DNA of 64,000 nt, from the IMG/VR virus record IMGVR_UViG_3300028599_000003; one strand, given 5' to 3'. Of the stretch, positions 48,801 through 58,245 are shown piece by piece (position 1 is the stretch's first letter; the number at the start of each line of letters is the position of its first letter). The notes under the pieces are model-generated. The model searched no databases, was not told the DNA's origin, and was given only the letters and a program-made list of their open reading frames with translations. Both the position numbers and the translations under genes were made by a program. This DNA is from a virus.

Positions 48801-51182
48801 TGCATTTGCTATGCTGTTAAAATCATATTTATCATACATAGAAAGATACTTCTGATCTCTTTCTTTATCATAACCAACCTGTACCTGAAAGTTTTGAAGT
48901 GGATCTGTATCCATAAACTTACTACCGCTTTGTCCAGTTGCCTCAAAATAAGCTTCTTTCATATATGGTAATAAACCATCTACTGTTTGTTTCTCACCAA
49001 TAGCCATGTCTTGGAAATCCAATAAGAAACCTTCTTTATCAAATATCTCATCAGATATTTTATAGTACTGAACATCACTATCTTTAGCCGTAGTTGGTTT
49101 GTATTCTGTTTGCTGTTTTATATACTTATCCTTAGTTGGAATTTTTAATGCACGTGCCCATGCCTCTTCAGAAAAATCAAGATCCCCGTCTTTATCAAGT
49201 GAAGGAGATTCAGGATCTGTTAAACCTAATGCATCACCTATTAATCCAAATCCTTCATTAACAATACTTCCAAACCCCGGATAAGAAACAGGTCTTACTT
49301 GTTCAAACATTTTTAATCTAGTTTCTATATCAAGATCTGGACTCATTAAATCCTTAGTTTGTTTACCTAGCCATGTAGAAAATTCATCTGCCTTTTCAGC
49401 TGCTCCTTCTAAAACAGGAATGACTGCCTCATCTAATGTATTATTACCTCTATTACCTGTTTGTGCTTTTGGAATTGCACCGCCTTTTTGTGCATACCTT
49501 GATTTAGAATCTTTAGATGCATCTGATACAGTATTAAGCATATCAAATATTTCATCATCACTATATATATCTTGCAACTGTAATAAAGGATTATAACCAC
49601 TATCTTCTCCTCTATCTAAATCTTTCACTCTAGATTTTAATTCTTGATATTTTTCTGGAGTTAACTTTTCCGTAAAAGGATCATATATACCTAAATCTTG
49701 TGCTGCTGATCTAATTGTATTTAATCTAGTTCTAGCTTCTGTTGGTTCAGACACATAATCAGCCCAACTATCTTTAGAAATACCTATAGATCCTTCTTGT
49801 ATAGTCCCATCCCTGTTAAACTTTACTATAGGATTACCTTTATCATCATATTTCTCATAGTATGCTTCATCATAATTATTTATTATAGGAACTCCATTAT
49901 CATCATAACCCTCTATATTAAGTCTTTCATCATTAAATCTTTTAACAGTTTTTTCAGGTATAAGCCTATCTGTACCCAGATTTTTTGTAATCTGCATACC
50001 TCTTCTTTGTAAATCATTTAATGGTTGGTCAGTTAAAAAATTATATCCTGCATTTGCTAAACTAACAAAAGGTGATGTCATTGAACCAGTAAAATTTGCT
50101 AAAGCTGCTTTATCCTTTAAAGATAAATTTACCATATATTTAGCCCGTGTGTCGGGCCCTACTCTATCACTACTATGACCTATTTCATGTTCAGCAGTAT
50201 TTACATGAACATGATCTTGATCCAAACCAGCTTGTGCTGGTTCATAAAATTTAATCTTTCCATTATTATTATATGATACTGCAGCTGTTCCCTCATTTCC
50301 TTCTTTTACACCATCTTCAAGCTCAAGATTTATATTTTCTAAATTAGATTTTCTACCAAAAGTTATAAAGTCAGCGTCATCATTTGGGCCAACTTCATTT
50401 GCTAAGATTTCCTTATACATTGGTGAATCTAACCACTGACTTTGAAATGAATTTTTAACAACATCATCATCAATTTTTACTCCTATGTCCTCACCTGCAT
50501 TTTGAGCTTTTGGTAATGCACTACCACCACACTTGTGACATGTAGAGACATCAGCTCCACCATCTGCAGCTTTCCATTTCCAACCACAACTATTGCATTC
50601 CATGGTTTTATCTAATAAACCACCACCAAGTTTCATTTTAGGTTTCCAAGAACCTTTACCAAACTTTAATGCACGTTCTTTATCTTTTCCAAAGTCTATA
50701 ATCTCACCTCTTCTTTTAGCTTCTTCATATACAGGCTTCCAGTCTATTTTTGCTTGTTCAGACATGTCAACCCAAGTACCATCTTCATCTTGAAATAATG
50801 TAGGAAAAGAAAACCAATTTTTACCATCTAAAGTTTCAGTTGCCATAAGATGTGTGGACACAGAACCATCCTCATTGTCCCTAACACCATTTCTTTTTGG
50901 AACTTCATAACCTGTCTGTGCCATAGGTACTTCTAACACACTATCTCCTGGAAACTGATAGTTATTACCAGGCATCATTATCTGACTATTACCTAGATTA
51001 TCTGTTCCCATAACAGGAAAATCTACATCCTCCATTGTTATTGAACCTGACTCAATGATATTAACCGGATTGGTTTTATCAGAGCTAGTACGTTTATAAC
51101 CATCTACAGATATATATTGTGTTATATCTTGAAGATATTCATTTGGTCCTCCCGGTAGTCCTATGCTTTTTTTACGTGCCAT
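45882..51182 (-). CDS. multidomain virion peptidoglycan-active protein: Zn ribbon, HExxH peptidase, SLT transglycosylase, 2x LysM, YkuD L,D-transpeptidase-like, second lysozyme-like domain (1766 aa)
   Basis: CNSC/CHKC; HEIGH 50175-50189; VESN..GLGQ..AAYNWG..ETQDY; YTIKSGDNL and YDIKSGDTL; IHG...SNGCIN; GNESNF..VGLTQ..LLDP. Confidence 0.88.
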   Translation of the reverse strand: MARKKSIGLPGGPNEYLQDITQYISVDGYKRTSSDKTNPVNIIESGSITMEDVDFPVMGTDNLGNSQIMMPGNNYQFPGDSVLEVPMAQTGYEVPKRNGVRDNEDGSVSTHLMATETLDGKNWFSFPTLFQDEDGTWVDMSEQAKIDWKPVYEEAKRRGEIIDFGKDKERALKFGKGSWKPKMKLGGGLLDKTMECNSCGWKWKAADGGADVSTCHKCGGSALPKAQNAGEDIGVKIDDDVVKNSFQSQWLDSPMYKEILANEVGPNDDADFITFGRKSNLENINLELEDGVKEGNEGTAAVSYNNNGKIKFYEPAQAGLDQDHVHVNTAEHEIGHSSDRVGPDTRAKYMVNLSLKDKAALANFTGSMTSPFVSLANAGYNFLTDQPLNDLQRRGMQITKNLGTDRLIPEKTVKRFNDERLNIEGYDDNGVPIINNYDEAYYEKYDDKGNPIVKFNRDGTIQEGSIGISKDSWADYVSEPTEARTRLNTIRSAAQDLGIYDPFTEKLTPEKYQELKSRVKDLDRGEDSGYNPLLQLQDIYSDDEIFDMLNTVSDASKDSKSRYAQKGGAIPKAQTGNRGNNTLDEAVIPVLEGAAEKADEFSTWLGKQTKDLMSPDLDIETRLKMFEQVRPVSYPGFGSIVNEGFGLIGDALGLTDPESPSLDKDGDLDFSEEAWARALKIPTKDKYIKQQTEYKPTTAKDSDVQYYKISDEIFDKEGFLLDFQDMAIGEKQTVDGLLPYMKEAYFEATGQSGSKFMDTDPLQNFQVQVGYDKERDQKYLSMYDKYDFNSIANAGIKPYEFYDRIYIPKDSDKKEKTKNKVDSNLLYKQAFVESNLDPKAKSNKGYMGLGQIGDSLITDYKKANKVDEIDPYDPEQNYKVQEWSMNELYNSSFINKENQDDDVRLIKTLAAYNWGRGNTLDLLNELKEEGEDIYNDVKWVSRLPQETQDYIDMILYDKNTEGRPNVQENFLKTTTDEAYDYYKQLYNYKDINDQDSLPVKQYAGPIRQEEAEEEQSFYLPEMWQQDNYVQEPVTPYMGPFRQAEEKPKQEDDNLTTYTIKSGDNLTRIAEQFGTSVDEIAKLNNIDNPSQIDINQELKLPKSKTKFLNYDIKSGDTLGRIATRFGVPLRKIVEANSSIKNINEIFAGQDIVIPQSNYEEVEEIEETWQDVDLLDEDRKNINDSADEDIIKKAQMVNDPNGHYVIVNKKTKRLEVWRGGKSILDFEVLTGANKGDALTVTKMWDFNQDGKITDEDKRNGKWIPNWSAGNKNTGAGKYYIKESYADSPDKYGGKGVPSFNLFTDGTDIDVATAIHGPTSGRKGLFDDGNVENNRASNGCINGQCTDLQALYDLGMPAGTAVYVLPEDDGNNFQWVDGQAVLKMSEDNREKYTSNYIDSKGKEQTQQGSNYSVNTLNYQPIRPVFDQQSFEEEVYNETGTLKSIGNFFTSDSSDKEEQENSTKPFINSLVNNKKKIMVEAGIPSDVYNDIARIAFGIYGNESNFGDTHSAGGNFTRGVTKFVADQNRKGDLPIVGSTDLLPKVTSSPDVFKKYDGYKIDTLDGLTSLSPLIALAVKDSLKTDLPVYEKSAKEDYNSVGLTQLRWDNIIKEDKNLPKDKKQINILKKFGITSNKDLLDPEKAAIATVLRLAFLANNRKGVDRNDLFNTLPKHWGGSSKDGGKTYTDNVKKHAKYLKFQQKGKYMPNYAVGGEKKQIQMYKDYIDGVYNGTDNESKAKSLYDKLNRKHYKDAKELGNMSPPNYILTHLYQA

Positions 51183-54100
51183 TATCTTTGTGATAGTAAA
51201 AGTTTAGTATTATTTAATCTCAATAACATCTTTCTGTTTCCAGATACATTTCTACGTAAAATAACATTATTAGAATAATGTCTAAACTTCTTACGTTGAG
51301 TAGCACTCTTTGCATAATTAATGTTAATGTAATTTAATGGTCTTACATAACCATTACATGATGTATCAAATATAGGCTGCTCTGCATTTGTGAATTCTCC
51401 TCTGTCATTAGTTACATCCCAAAATTGATTAAATCTAAATTTGTGTTCTACTTTAGAAACTAGTATTTGTATACCATTAAATTGTAAAGTTGGAAAGTCT
51501 AAGTTTGTCCAAGGACTATTAACTGGTTGTGGATTTAATAATAGTAAACCTGATGTTTGATCATTATTATAAATAATAGAAGCATCAAAGTTAAAATCTA
51601 AATCTTCCCATTTATCTCCACCACACATATTATATTGTGGGTCTCCTTTATATACATAAGTTTCTAATTGATATTCAAAACTTCTTACTGTATTAACAGA
51701 TTGACCTGTATTAGATATTAAATCTATTTCCCAAGGATAGTCTTCACCATAATAATTTACAAATGAATCACATCTTACATTGTGTCTCCAAAATCCTCCT
51801 ACATTATAATTAGGTGTTACAGAATCAAAATAGAAATAATTACATATTAATGGTGTTGGATCTATCCAAGTTGGATCTCCAATAATAAATATACCAGGAG
51901 CTGTATCTGGACATGTTCCTGATTGAGTTGTTGTTGATCCTGGAACTGTTGATGTTGGACATTCACAAGTTACCTTTCTACATATTGGAGGAGTTACGTC
52001 ATCACATGCACCAGATGTTGCAGTATAAGTAGAAGTAACCGGATCTAAAAATACTTTAGTATATCCTGCTGGACAATCACAAGTAAAATCAGTACCACAT
52101 ACAGCTCCTGCAATTGCTGTTGCTACACTTTGAAAAGTTGTTGGGTCAGATGCATTAATACCAAATTGAAATGGATCAACATTTACTGGCCCATTTGACA
52201 TAGATATATCATTCAATACACCCGGAGTTGGTGGTATTGAAGAAGTTGCACCACAATACATTGCATAAACAAATTGATATGCTGGAGCAGTACCTGCACC
52301 AACAGATGTAAAAGTTTGACCAACATTATTACCTGGTGCACTAGTTGTATCTGTAATAAGAATCTGTATAGCTCTATAATTAGGTTGTGATGTTCTATCA
52401 CCTAATGTTGAATTAGCTGGATTAGTTAGTATGCCATTACCAGTCTGTAATCCTAAAAGTACATTAGTTGAGCCACCAGTCCAGTTTGCATTATACCAAG
52501 CAGTAGCTTGCGCTTCTGTTATTGTATGACTCATTGTTACACCTCCCGGCATAGTATAAACACGTGCTGCACCATCCCATACATCAAATCCAATTTGCAT
52601 TTGACTGTTGGACATAAATGTTTGTATTTGTGGATCATTTAAAAATGCAGTCAACCAAGTTTGTTGAGCCGCTCTTCTACCAAACTGATTAGTACTACCA
52701 GATACATCCATTGATATTACTACATCAACTAAACAATTTACAGGACCACCTCCTATTGTAGCTGCAATGTTTTCTATAGTTACTTCAGCAGGTATTGATT
52801 CATTAATCCCTATCTCACATAATCCAGTAGTAGAATTAAAATTATATCCCGGAGGACATTGTGGTATTGTAGTAGTTACTGTCTTAGTTGTAAAGAAATG
52901 ATTTATACTAGGTAAAGCTAACTCAGGATGCCAGTCATGAAAAGATATCCATGCTTTAGACTTTGGATCATAAGACACTGTCCATGAGCAATCATCAAAA
53001 TATACTGGATCACCAATATCAATACTTACTGGTACTCTTGCCTCTCCTCTTATTTCTACAGGTTTAAACGGTCTATCAACAAATGTTGCTTGACCTATGT
53101 AGTCAGGCTTCAATTGATAATCTTTTTTCATAAAGTAGACTATATCATCTACTGAATCATACATTACTTGACATCCTACTCCTGCTACAGGATTATCTGT
53201 CCATTGTGTATTTTCTGAACTTGGAAATTGTTTTATAAATCTAGAAGGTAAGTATTTGTTAAACCACCATTTCATTCCATTATTAGATATAGGGTCCATA
53301 CCTTTACCAGCATATTGAAATATTTTACCTTGTTGTTGAGATATAAAAAATAATCCTAATGGTGTATTAATAACACCTCTTAAACTTTCACATGATCCAT
53401 ACTCATTTGACAAATCTGCATTTGCAACATTTTGGAACGGTTGACTAAATAAACCTCCGTCACCTATAGTAAGCTTTGTGTCTAGTTGAGTCTTTAATGT
53501 ATCAAGACCTTGAAACATTTGAGGAGATAAATAAGGGAAGAATATTAATGCTCCATTCTTATTTATAGGTTTAATAACACTTACTTCATTTTTAAAATCT
53601 TTATAGTTATTATTTAAAAACACTCTCCAGTAATCTCTTTTTGATTCTTCCTGTGCTTGTAATGAATAAATTAATCTTTTTGGATAACTAACAAAACATG
53701 TCTCAGAAACATATGGGTCATAATCCCTAGGTTGCACCTGACCAAATGAAGTCATTTGAGTTGGAAACTTTGATCCAGACAATGAATCATCATACTTATA
53801 AAAGTTATCTGCTTTAATATTATCAGCATGAAATAGTACACCTAAGTCATTATACTCATAAGCGTCATAGAATCTTTTATCTGGTGAATCTTCCCAATCT
53901 CTATATGCTAAATTAACTTCTGACTCTACAAAGAATTCATTAATCCCATTTATATGAGTATACATATATGCCCTTTTCATTTGAAAAGCAGGATTTAAAT
54001 TTCCACCTCCACCTGAACCTCCAAACAGACTTCCAAAAAGATTTGTGCTTTGACAGTTTCCAGATCCTCTATCTAAATAAAATTGATTTGTTGGTAAAGC

Positions 54101-57100
54101 ATCTTCCCATGACCCTGAAGCTAAACCTAATGTTGCAACTTCACGTGCCATATTACTTATGTCAAACTTAGTTGAGTTTAACCAAAATCTTGGATAAGGT
54201 ATGTTTACATATAAACTATAATCAAATGCATGACCGTTGGGTTGCCCTTTTAAGAAGTTTGTAAAAATAGGCATTATACATTTTTCAGTATATCTATTAA
54301 TTGACACATCTCCACTAAAGATTGGTTTAGATGTATATAAAGCTTCAGGTGGTAAGTTATTATCTAATAACTCAACACAACCTCTCATTTGTATTTGCTT
54401 TATACCATCTAATTGACCATACTGATTATCAAAGTTAAACTTTAAAGCACCGTATAATGCAGATATACTTGTTTGTCTTTCTGCTTTACTAAAGTCTTTA
54501 ATTAAAGAATTTTGAAAATCATTAACGCTACCATCAGTTCTTACATAACCACCAAGTGCAAAACGTGAATAATCAACTGTAGTAGGTATAGCTAATTCTT
54601 TTTCTGTTGAAACAGCTACAGTAGATGGTCTAAATAAATTATTAATTTTATATTTAATACCATCAAAAGTTTGAAATGATGATCCTATATAATTAGAATC
54701 ATTATTTTTTGTTCTAAATATATCGTTCTGATTAATTTTTGCAAAATTATTAAAGAATCCAGTAGAGTTATATTTTAAAACAAAGTCATAAAAACTAACC
54801 ATGTTATAAAATAAATCAATGATTTCATCACCACCTATTGCAATATTCTTTTGTGCCATTGATACACCAATGATTCCTCTTAGAAGACTTGGCATTGCTG
54901 CTTCAGGTTTATCATAAACTGTTCCTTCTTCAATACCACCACCTTGAGTACCAGGGACTGCAGTTTTTACGAAGTTAGTTGCACCCTGAATATTTAATTG
55001 TGTTGATGAAACAATTCCACCTGCATATATATCTGCAAAATCTACAAGGTCATCTAATAGTGTATCTAATAAAATATCCCATATTGCATTACCTATTGCT
55101 AAAGCACCTATTGATGCTGGGGCAGCAGTAAATCCACCTGTTACAGTACCACCATTAGTAAAACCTCCAACAAACCATGGTGCATATACTGGATTCAAAC
55201 CTTGAACCGGTAATGCTTTCTTGTTTGTAGTACCCTGAACAGCATTAAGAGCATATCCAATTCCTATTACTACTGCAAGAGATGCAGCAGCAGGTCTTAG
55301 TAATTTAAATTGTGGGTGATCTTCTGAAGGAGTAAACCTGCCTGCAGACTTGCCATGAATGTTACCATATATTTTAGTTTCATATGCATTTAAAAATGGT
55401 TTAGCAAACATTAAATCTGGAGCATGAAAAGAAAACACATCCTTTGTAAATCCCTTTAAAGGTTCATAATGATTTATACTTCCTGTAAAATCTCCTTGAT
55501 CACAAAAATTCTCTGTGGTTTTATTTCTAGTACCATCTTGAAAAAATACATCATGCTGCAAAGAGTTATAAGGATAGTTAGGATACAACCCTTGTGAATT
55601 TCCTAGTATATTTTCAGAATCTGGTATATCATATTTACGCATGTTTTTAAACATACCTTTTGCCAAAATAGATCTTGCTCCTTGTCTAGACCCTCTTAGT
55701 ATTTCATAACCTACAACATTTTCAATATAAGATCCGTCATTATATTTAGGTCTACCAATATTAGTAAATTCAACACCTACTAAATTTATATTATCACCAT
55801 CAGTAGTACTAATATGTAATGGAGAGTTTGCACCCCCTATTGACTCATCAGGCATCTTGTGATGTCTTATAGGTTTACCACATAGATTACCCCAAATATC
55901 TGGTCTGTTAGATGGATAAAGTTCTGTTGATTCCCAATAGCCCATTTTACCTCTTGCAATAACTAAACTATTATCTTCTTGAGGTTCGTTAAGATTTAAA
56001 TTTGTTGCAGTTGCAGTATTATATACTTTAAATAAAGGTTCTCCATCAGTATTTAATACATTATCTCCAAATACAATTTCATTCTCCATAGTACCATTAT
56101 AGTTTTCTGGAGCCCTTCCGGGTATATGATATGAAGAAGATCTTTCACCTGTATTATATATCCATCTAATAAAAAATGCATATTGCTCATCACGCATGAA
56201 ACCTAACTTGTTTCCACCTAATGTGTAATACTTACTAGACAAAGAATTTATAACCCAATTTGTTTGGATTTGATTTGCAATAGGTTGATAATTAAAATCA
56301 AATTGTTCAGTTGGTCCTTGTCTTATTAACCAATCATTTACAACAAACATAGACTCTGACTTTTCATAAGCCGGACTTCTAAGAGGTATTAATTTTAAAT
56401 CTATAGCAGGTAATGCTGGATCTATAAAATCAATATTAATGTCTGATTGTTCTGTGCTATATAAACCAATTCTCTTTGCTAGAGTTTGGCCTTGGTTTCT
56501 CATTAATAGTACTAATTCATAATAATAATAATCTTGATCTAAATTAGAAACTTTTATATTTAAAGAACTATCTGAACCTTGGTGACTAAATAAAGATTGT
56601 AAATTAGATATACCAATATAGTCTGTAACTTTTTGTTCATTCTCTACATATGCAATAAATGCTTGATACGTTCCATTACGTAACATACCACCGTCTGTTG
56701 CTTTATCTAATTCTATACAAGGTGTATCTACTAGTGGAGCTAATCTTATTTCTTGACAATCTAATTTTTTAGGTTCTATGATTTCATATCTAACACACGG
56801 GTCTCCATCAATATCCGGACCTGTAATTTGAACTTTTTTCCAGGGTATATCATCTATATTTAAAGCTCTTGATGGATTGTTTGCATCATCCCAATATACT
56901 TCCCAAGTACAATCAAAATTTTCTTTTGCTGCACCTGTAATTAAATGTTTTTTAGTAAAATTTAAACACGGGTCATTAACTAATGTAGTGTACTTACATT
57001 CACTATCATCAAACCTTCCTATTTCAGAACTTACATTATCAGTTGAAAAAACTATCCACTCATCACCATATCTATGTATAGCACCTATAACTGTATATGG

Positions 57101-57313
57101 AATAACACCACATGATAAGTTTGATGGCTCATTGCCAATCATTCCTATATCTCCATCCTCAGAATTATTTGCTGCATTCCTTGCATGCCACCATGCTTGT
57201 TGACCTTCAAATGAAGGAGCAACATCTTTATTCATACCTTTAGTAAATGTATTTATATTTACTGATGATGAACCTTTGCCCTGTGGTTGAGGAGGTGTTT
57301 CCTTTTTAGCCAT
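51182..57313 (-). CDS. tail muzzle / tail stabilisation protein (crAss-like) with inserted vWA domain (2043 aa)
   Basis: N-terminal NTFTKGMNKD, NEPSN, WTVSYDP...WISFHDW; follows two ring-protein genes; DVSGS MIDAS-type motif at about 52694-52708. Confidence 0.72.
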   Translation of the reverse strand: MAKKETPPQPQGKGSSSVNINTFTKGMNKDVAPSFEGQQAWWHARNAANNSEDGDIGMIGNEPSNLSCGVIPYTVIGAIHRYGDEWIVFSTDNVSSEIGRFDDSECKYTTLVNDPCLNFTKKHLITGAAKENFDCTWEVYWDDANNPSRALNIDDIPWKKVQITGPDIDGDPCVRYEIIEPKKLDCQEIRLAPLVDTPCIELDKATDGGMLRNGTYQAFIAYVENEQKVTDYIGISNLQSLFSHQGSDSSLNIKVSNLDQDYYYYELVLLMRNQGQTLAKRIGLYSTEQSDINIDFIDPALPAIDLKLIPLRSPAYEKSESMFVVNDWLIRQGPTEQFDFNYQPIANQIQTNWVINSLSSKYYTLGGNKLGFMRDEQYAFFIRWIYNTGERSSSYHIPGRAPENYNGTMENEIVFGDNVLNTDGEPLFKVYNTATATNLNLNEPQEDNSLVIARGKMGYWESTELYPSNRPDIWGNLCGKPIRHHKMPDESIGGANSPLHISTTDGDNINLVGVEFTNIGRPKYNDGSYIENVVGYEILRGSRQGARSILAKGMFKNMRKYDIPDSENILGNSQGLYPNYPYNSLQHDVFFQDGTRNKTTENFCDQGDFTGSINHYEPLKGFTKDVFSFHAPDLMFAKPFLNAYETKIYGNIHGKSAGRFTPSEDHPQFKLLRPAAASLAVVIGIGYALNAVQGTTNKKALPVQGLNPVYAPWFVGGFTNGGTVTGGFTAAPASIGALAIGNAIWDILLDTLLDDLVDFADIYAGGIVSSTQLNIQGATNFVKTAVPGTQGGGIEEGTVYDKPEAAMPSLLRGIIGVSMAQKNIAIGGDEIIDLFYNMVSFYDFVLKYNSTGFFNNFAKINQNDIFRTKNNDSNYIGSSFQTFDGIKYKINNLFRPSTVAVSTEKELAIPTTVDYSRFALGGYVRTDGSVNDFQNSLIKDFSKAERQTSISALYGALKFNFDNQYGQLDGIKQIQMRGCVELLDNNLPPEALYTSKPIFSGDVSINRYTEKCIMPIFTNFLKGQPNGHAFDYSLYVNIPYPRFWLNSTKFDISNMAREVATLGLASGSWEDALPTNQFYLDRGSGNCQSTNLFGSLFGGSGGGGNLNPAFQMKRAYMYTHINGINEFFVESEVNLAYRDWEDSPDKRFYDAYEYNDLGVLFHADNIKADNFYKYDDSLSGSKFPTQMTSFGQVQPRDYDPYVSETCFVSYPKRLIYSLQAQEESKRDYWRVFLNNNYKDFKNEVSVIKPINKNGALIFFPYLSPQMFQGLDTLKTQLDTKLTIGDGGLFSQPFQNVANADLSNEYGSCESLRGVINTPLGLFFISQQQGKIFQYAGKGMDPISNNGMKWWFNKYLPSRFIKQFPSSENTQWTDNPVAGVGCQVMYDSVDDIVYFMKKDYQLKPDYIGQATFVDRPFKPVEIRGEARVPVSIDIGDPVYFDDCSWTVSYDPKSKAWISFHDWHPELALPSINHFFTTKTVTTTIPQCPPGYNFNSTTGLCEIGINESIPAEVTIENIAATIGGGPVNCLVDVVISMDVSGSTNQFGRRAAQQTWLTAFLNDPQIQTFMSNSQMQIGFDVWDGAARVYTMPGGVTMSHTITEAQATAWYNANWTGGSTNVLLGLQTGNGILTNPANSTLGDRTSQPNYRAIQILITDTTSAPGNNVGQTFTSVGAGTAPAYQFVYAMYCGATSSIPPTPGVLNDISMSNGPVNVDPFQFGINASDPTTFQSVATAIAGAVCGTDFTCDCPAGYTKVFLDPVTSTYTATSGACDDVTPPICRKVTCECPTSTVPGSTTTQSGTCPDTAPGIFIIGDPTWIDPTPLICNYFYFDSVTPNYNVGGFWRHNVRCDSFVNYYGEDYPWEIDLISNTGQSVNTVRSFEYQLETYVYKGDPQYNMCGGDKWEDLDFNFDASIIYNNDQTSGLLLLNPQPVNSPWTNLDFPTLQFNGIQILVSKVEHKFRFNQFWDVTNDRGEFTNAEQPIFDTSCNGYVRPLNYININYAKSATQRKKFRHYSNNVILRRNVSGNRKMLLRLNNTKLLLSQR

Positions 57314-57319
57314 AATATA

Positions 57320-58234
57320 TTATCTCTTTGGTCCTGTTACTACTTGAGGGTTAGCAGGCGCATAACTTAAAAACATATTGTAATAATTATGATACTGTGC
57401 TCTTCTGTTCATATTCCAAACTTTTCTCATTTCTTGGAAGTTTGGTGTATTAACAAAACCTAATGCGTTATTTCTTGCTCCTCTTAGTCTACTTTCTACT
57501 AGCTGTAATTGTTGAGATACATTCTCACCATTCCAAACCATATTTTCTAATATTCTTTGTTTTATTGCATACTCATAATATTCATTGCAATATGGTTGAT
57601 CTAATACTAATAAATCACCCTCTGCATTTTCCATAGCACCTTGGTAACTTAAATAGACTTTTCCTGTATTAAACGTAGTTATTAAAAAACCATCTTTTAC
57701 TTCTGCTATATCTACTGCTTGTGCACCTAGACTAGGACAGTAACAAACTTTATCATTAACGTCTTTGATTCTTAATTCAGTCCAAGTATTAAATGTTCTA
57801 AATTGACCACCCCCTATTCTCTGAACTAATTGATAACTATCTTTATCATTACATGTTTTAACAACACATACATCTTTACATACCTTTCCATCTTCACATG
57901 GTGCTACATCACCAGGAGCAGGAACATATGGTACGTCATTGAATGTTTCAACATGGGTTCCTGATGGCATTGTGCTATTTACAGTGTATGATCCACATCT
58001 AAATGCGTAGTTTAAATATTGAAAATCAAAAGGTAATTGACCTTTACCATGTTCTATATCTATAATAACTTCTTTAGTTCTATGTATACGTAACCCTAAA
58101 TCATAATTTACACGTGTTGCAACTTTAATAAGTTGAGCAGGTTCAATTAATCCTTCAAGTGCATACGTTGAAAAATCAATGGAAACATCTTCCATCAATT
58201 GACTAAAAGTTCTATATTTTTGTGATACCCCCAT
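57320..58234 (-). CDS. tail ring / tubular adaptor protein (304 aa)
   Basis: Position between an IHF-like gene and the muzzle, as in crAss-like tail modules; YLSYQG...D...YEYAIKQRILE. Confidence 0.55.
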   Translation of the reverse strand: MGVSQKYRTFSQLMEDVSIDFSTYALEGLIEPAQLIKVATRVNYDLGLRIHRTKEVIIDIEHGKGQLPFDFQYLNYAFRCGSYTVNSTMPSGTHVETFNDVPYVPAPGDVAPCEDGKVCKDVCVVKTCNDKDSYQLVQRIGGGQFRTFNTWTELRIKDVNDKVCYCPSLGAQAVDIAEVKDGFLITTFNTGKVYLSYQGAMENAEGDLLVLDQPYCNEYYEYAIKQRILENMVWNGENVSQQLQLVESRLRGARNNALGFVNTPNFQEMRKVWNMNRRAQYHNYYNMFLSYAPANPQVVTGPKR

Positions 58235-58245
58235 TGTTGTATTTT

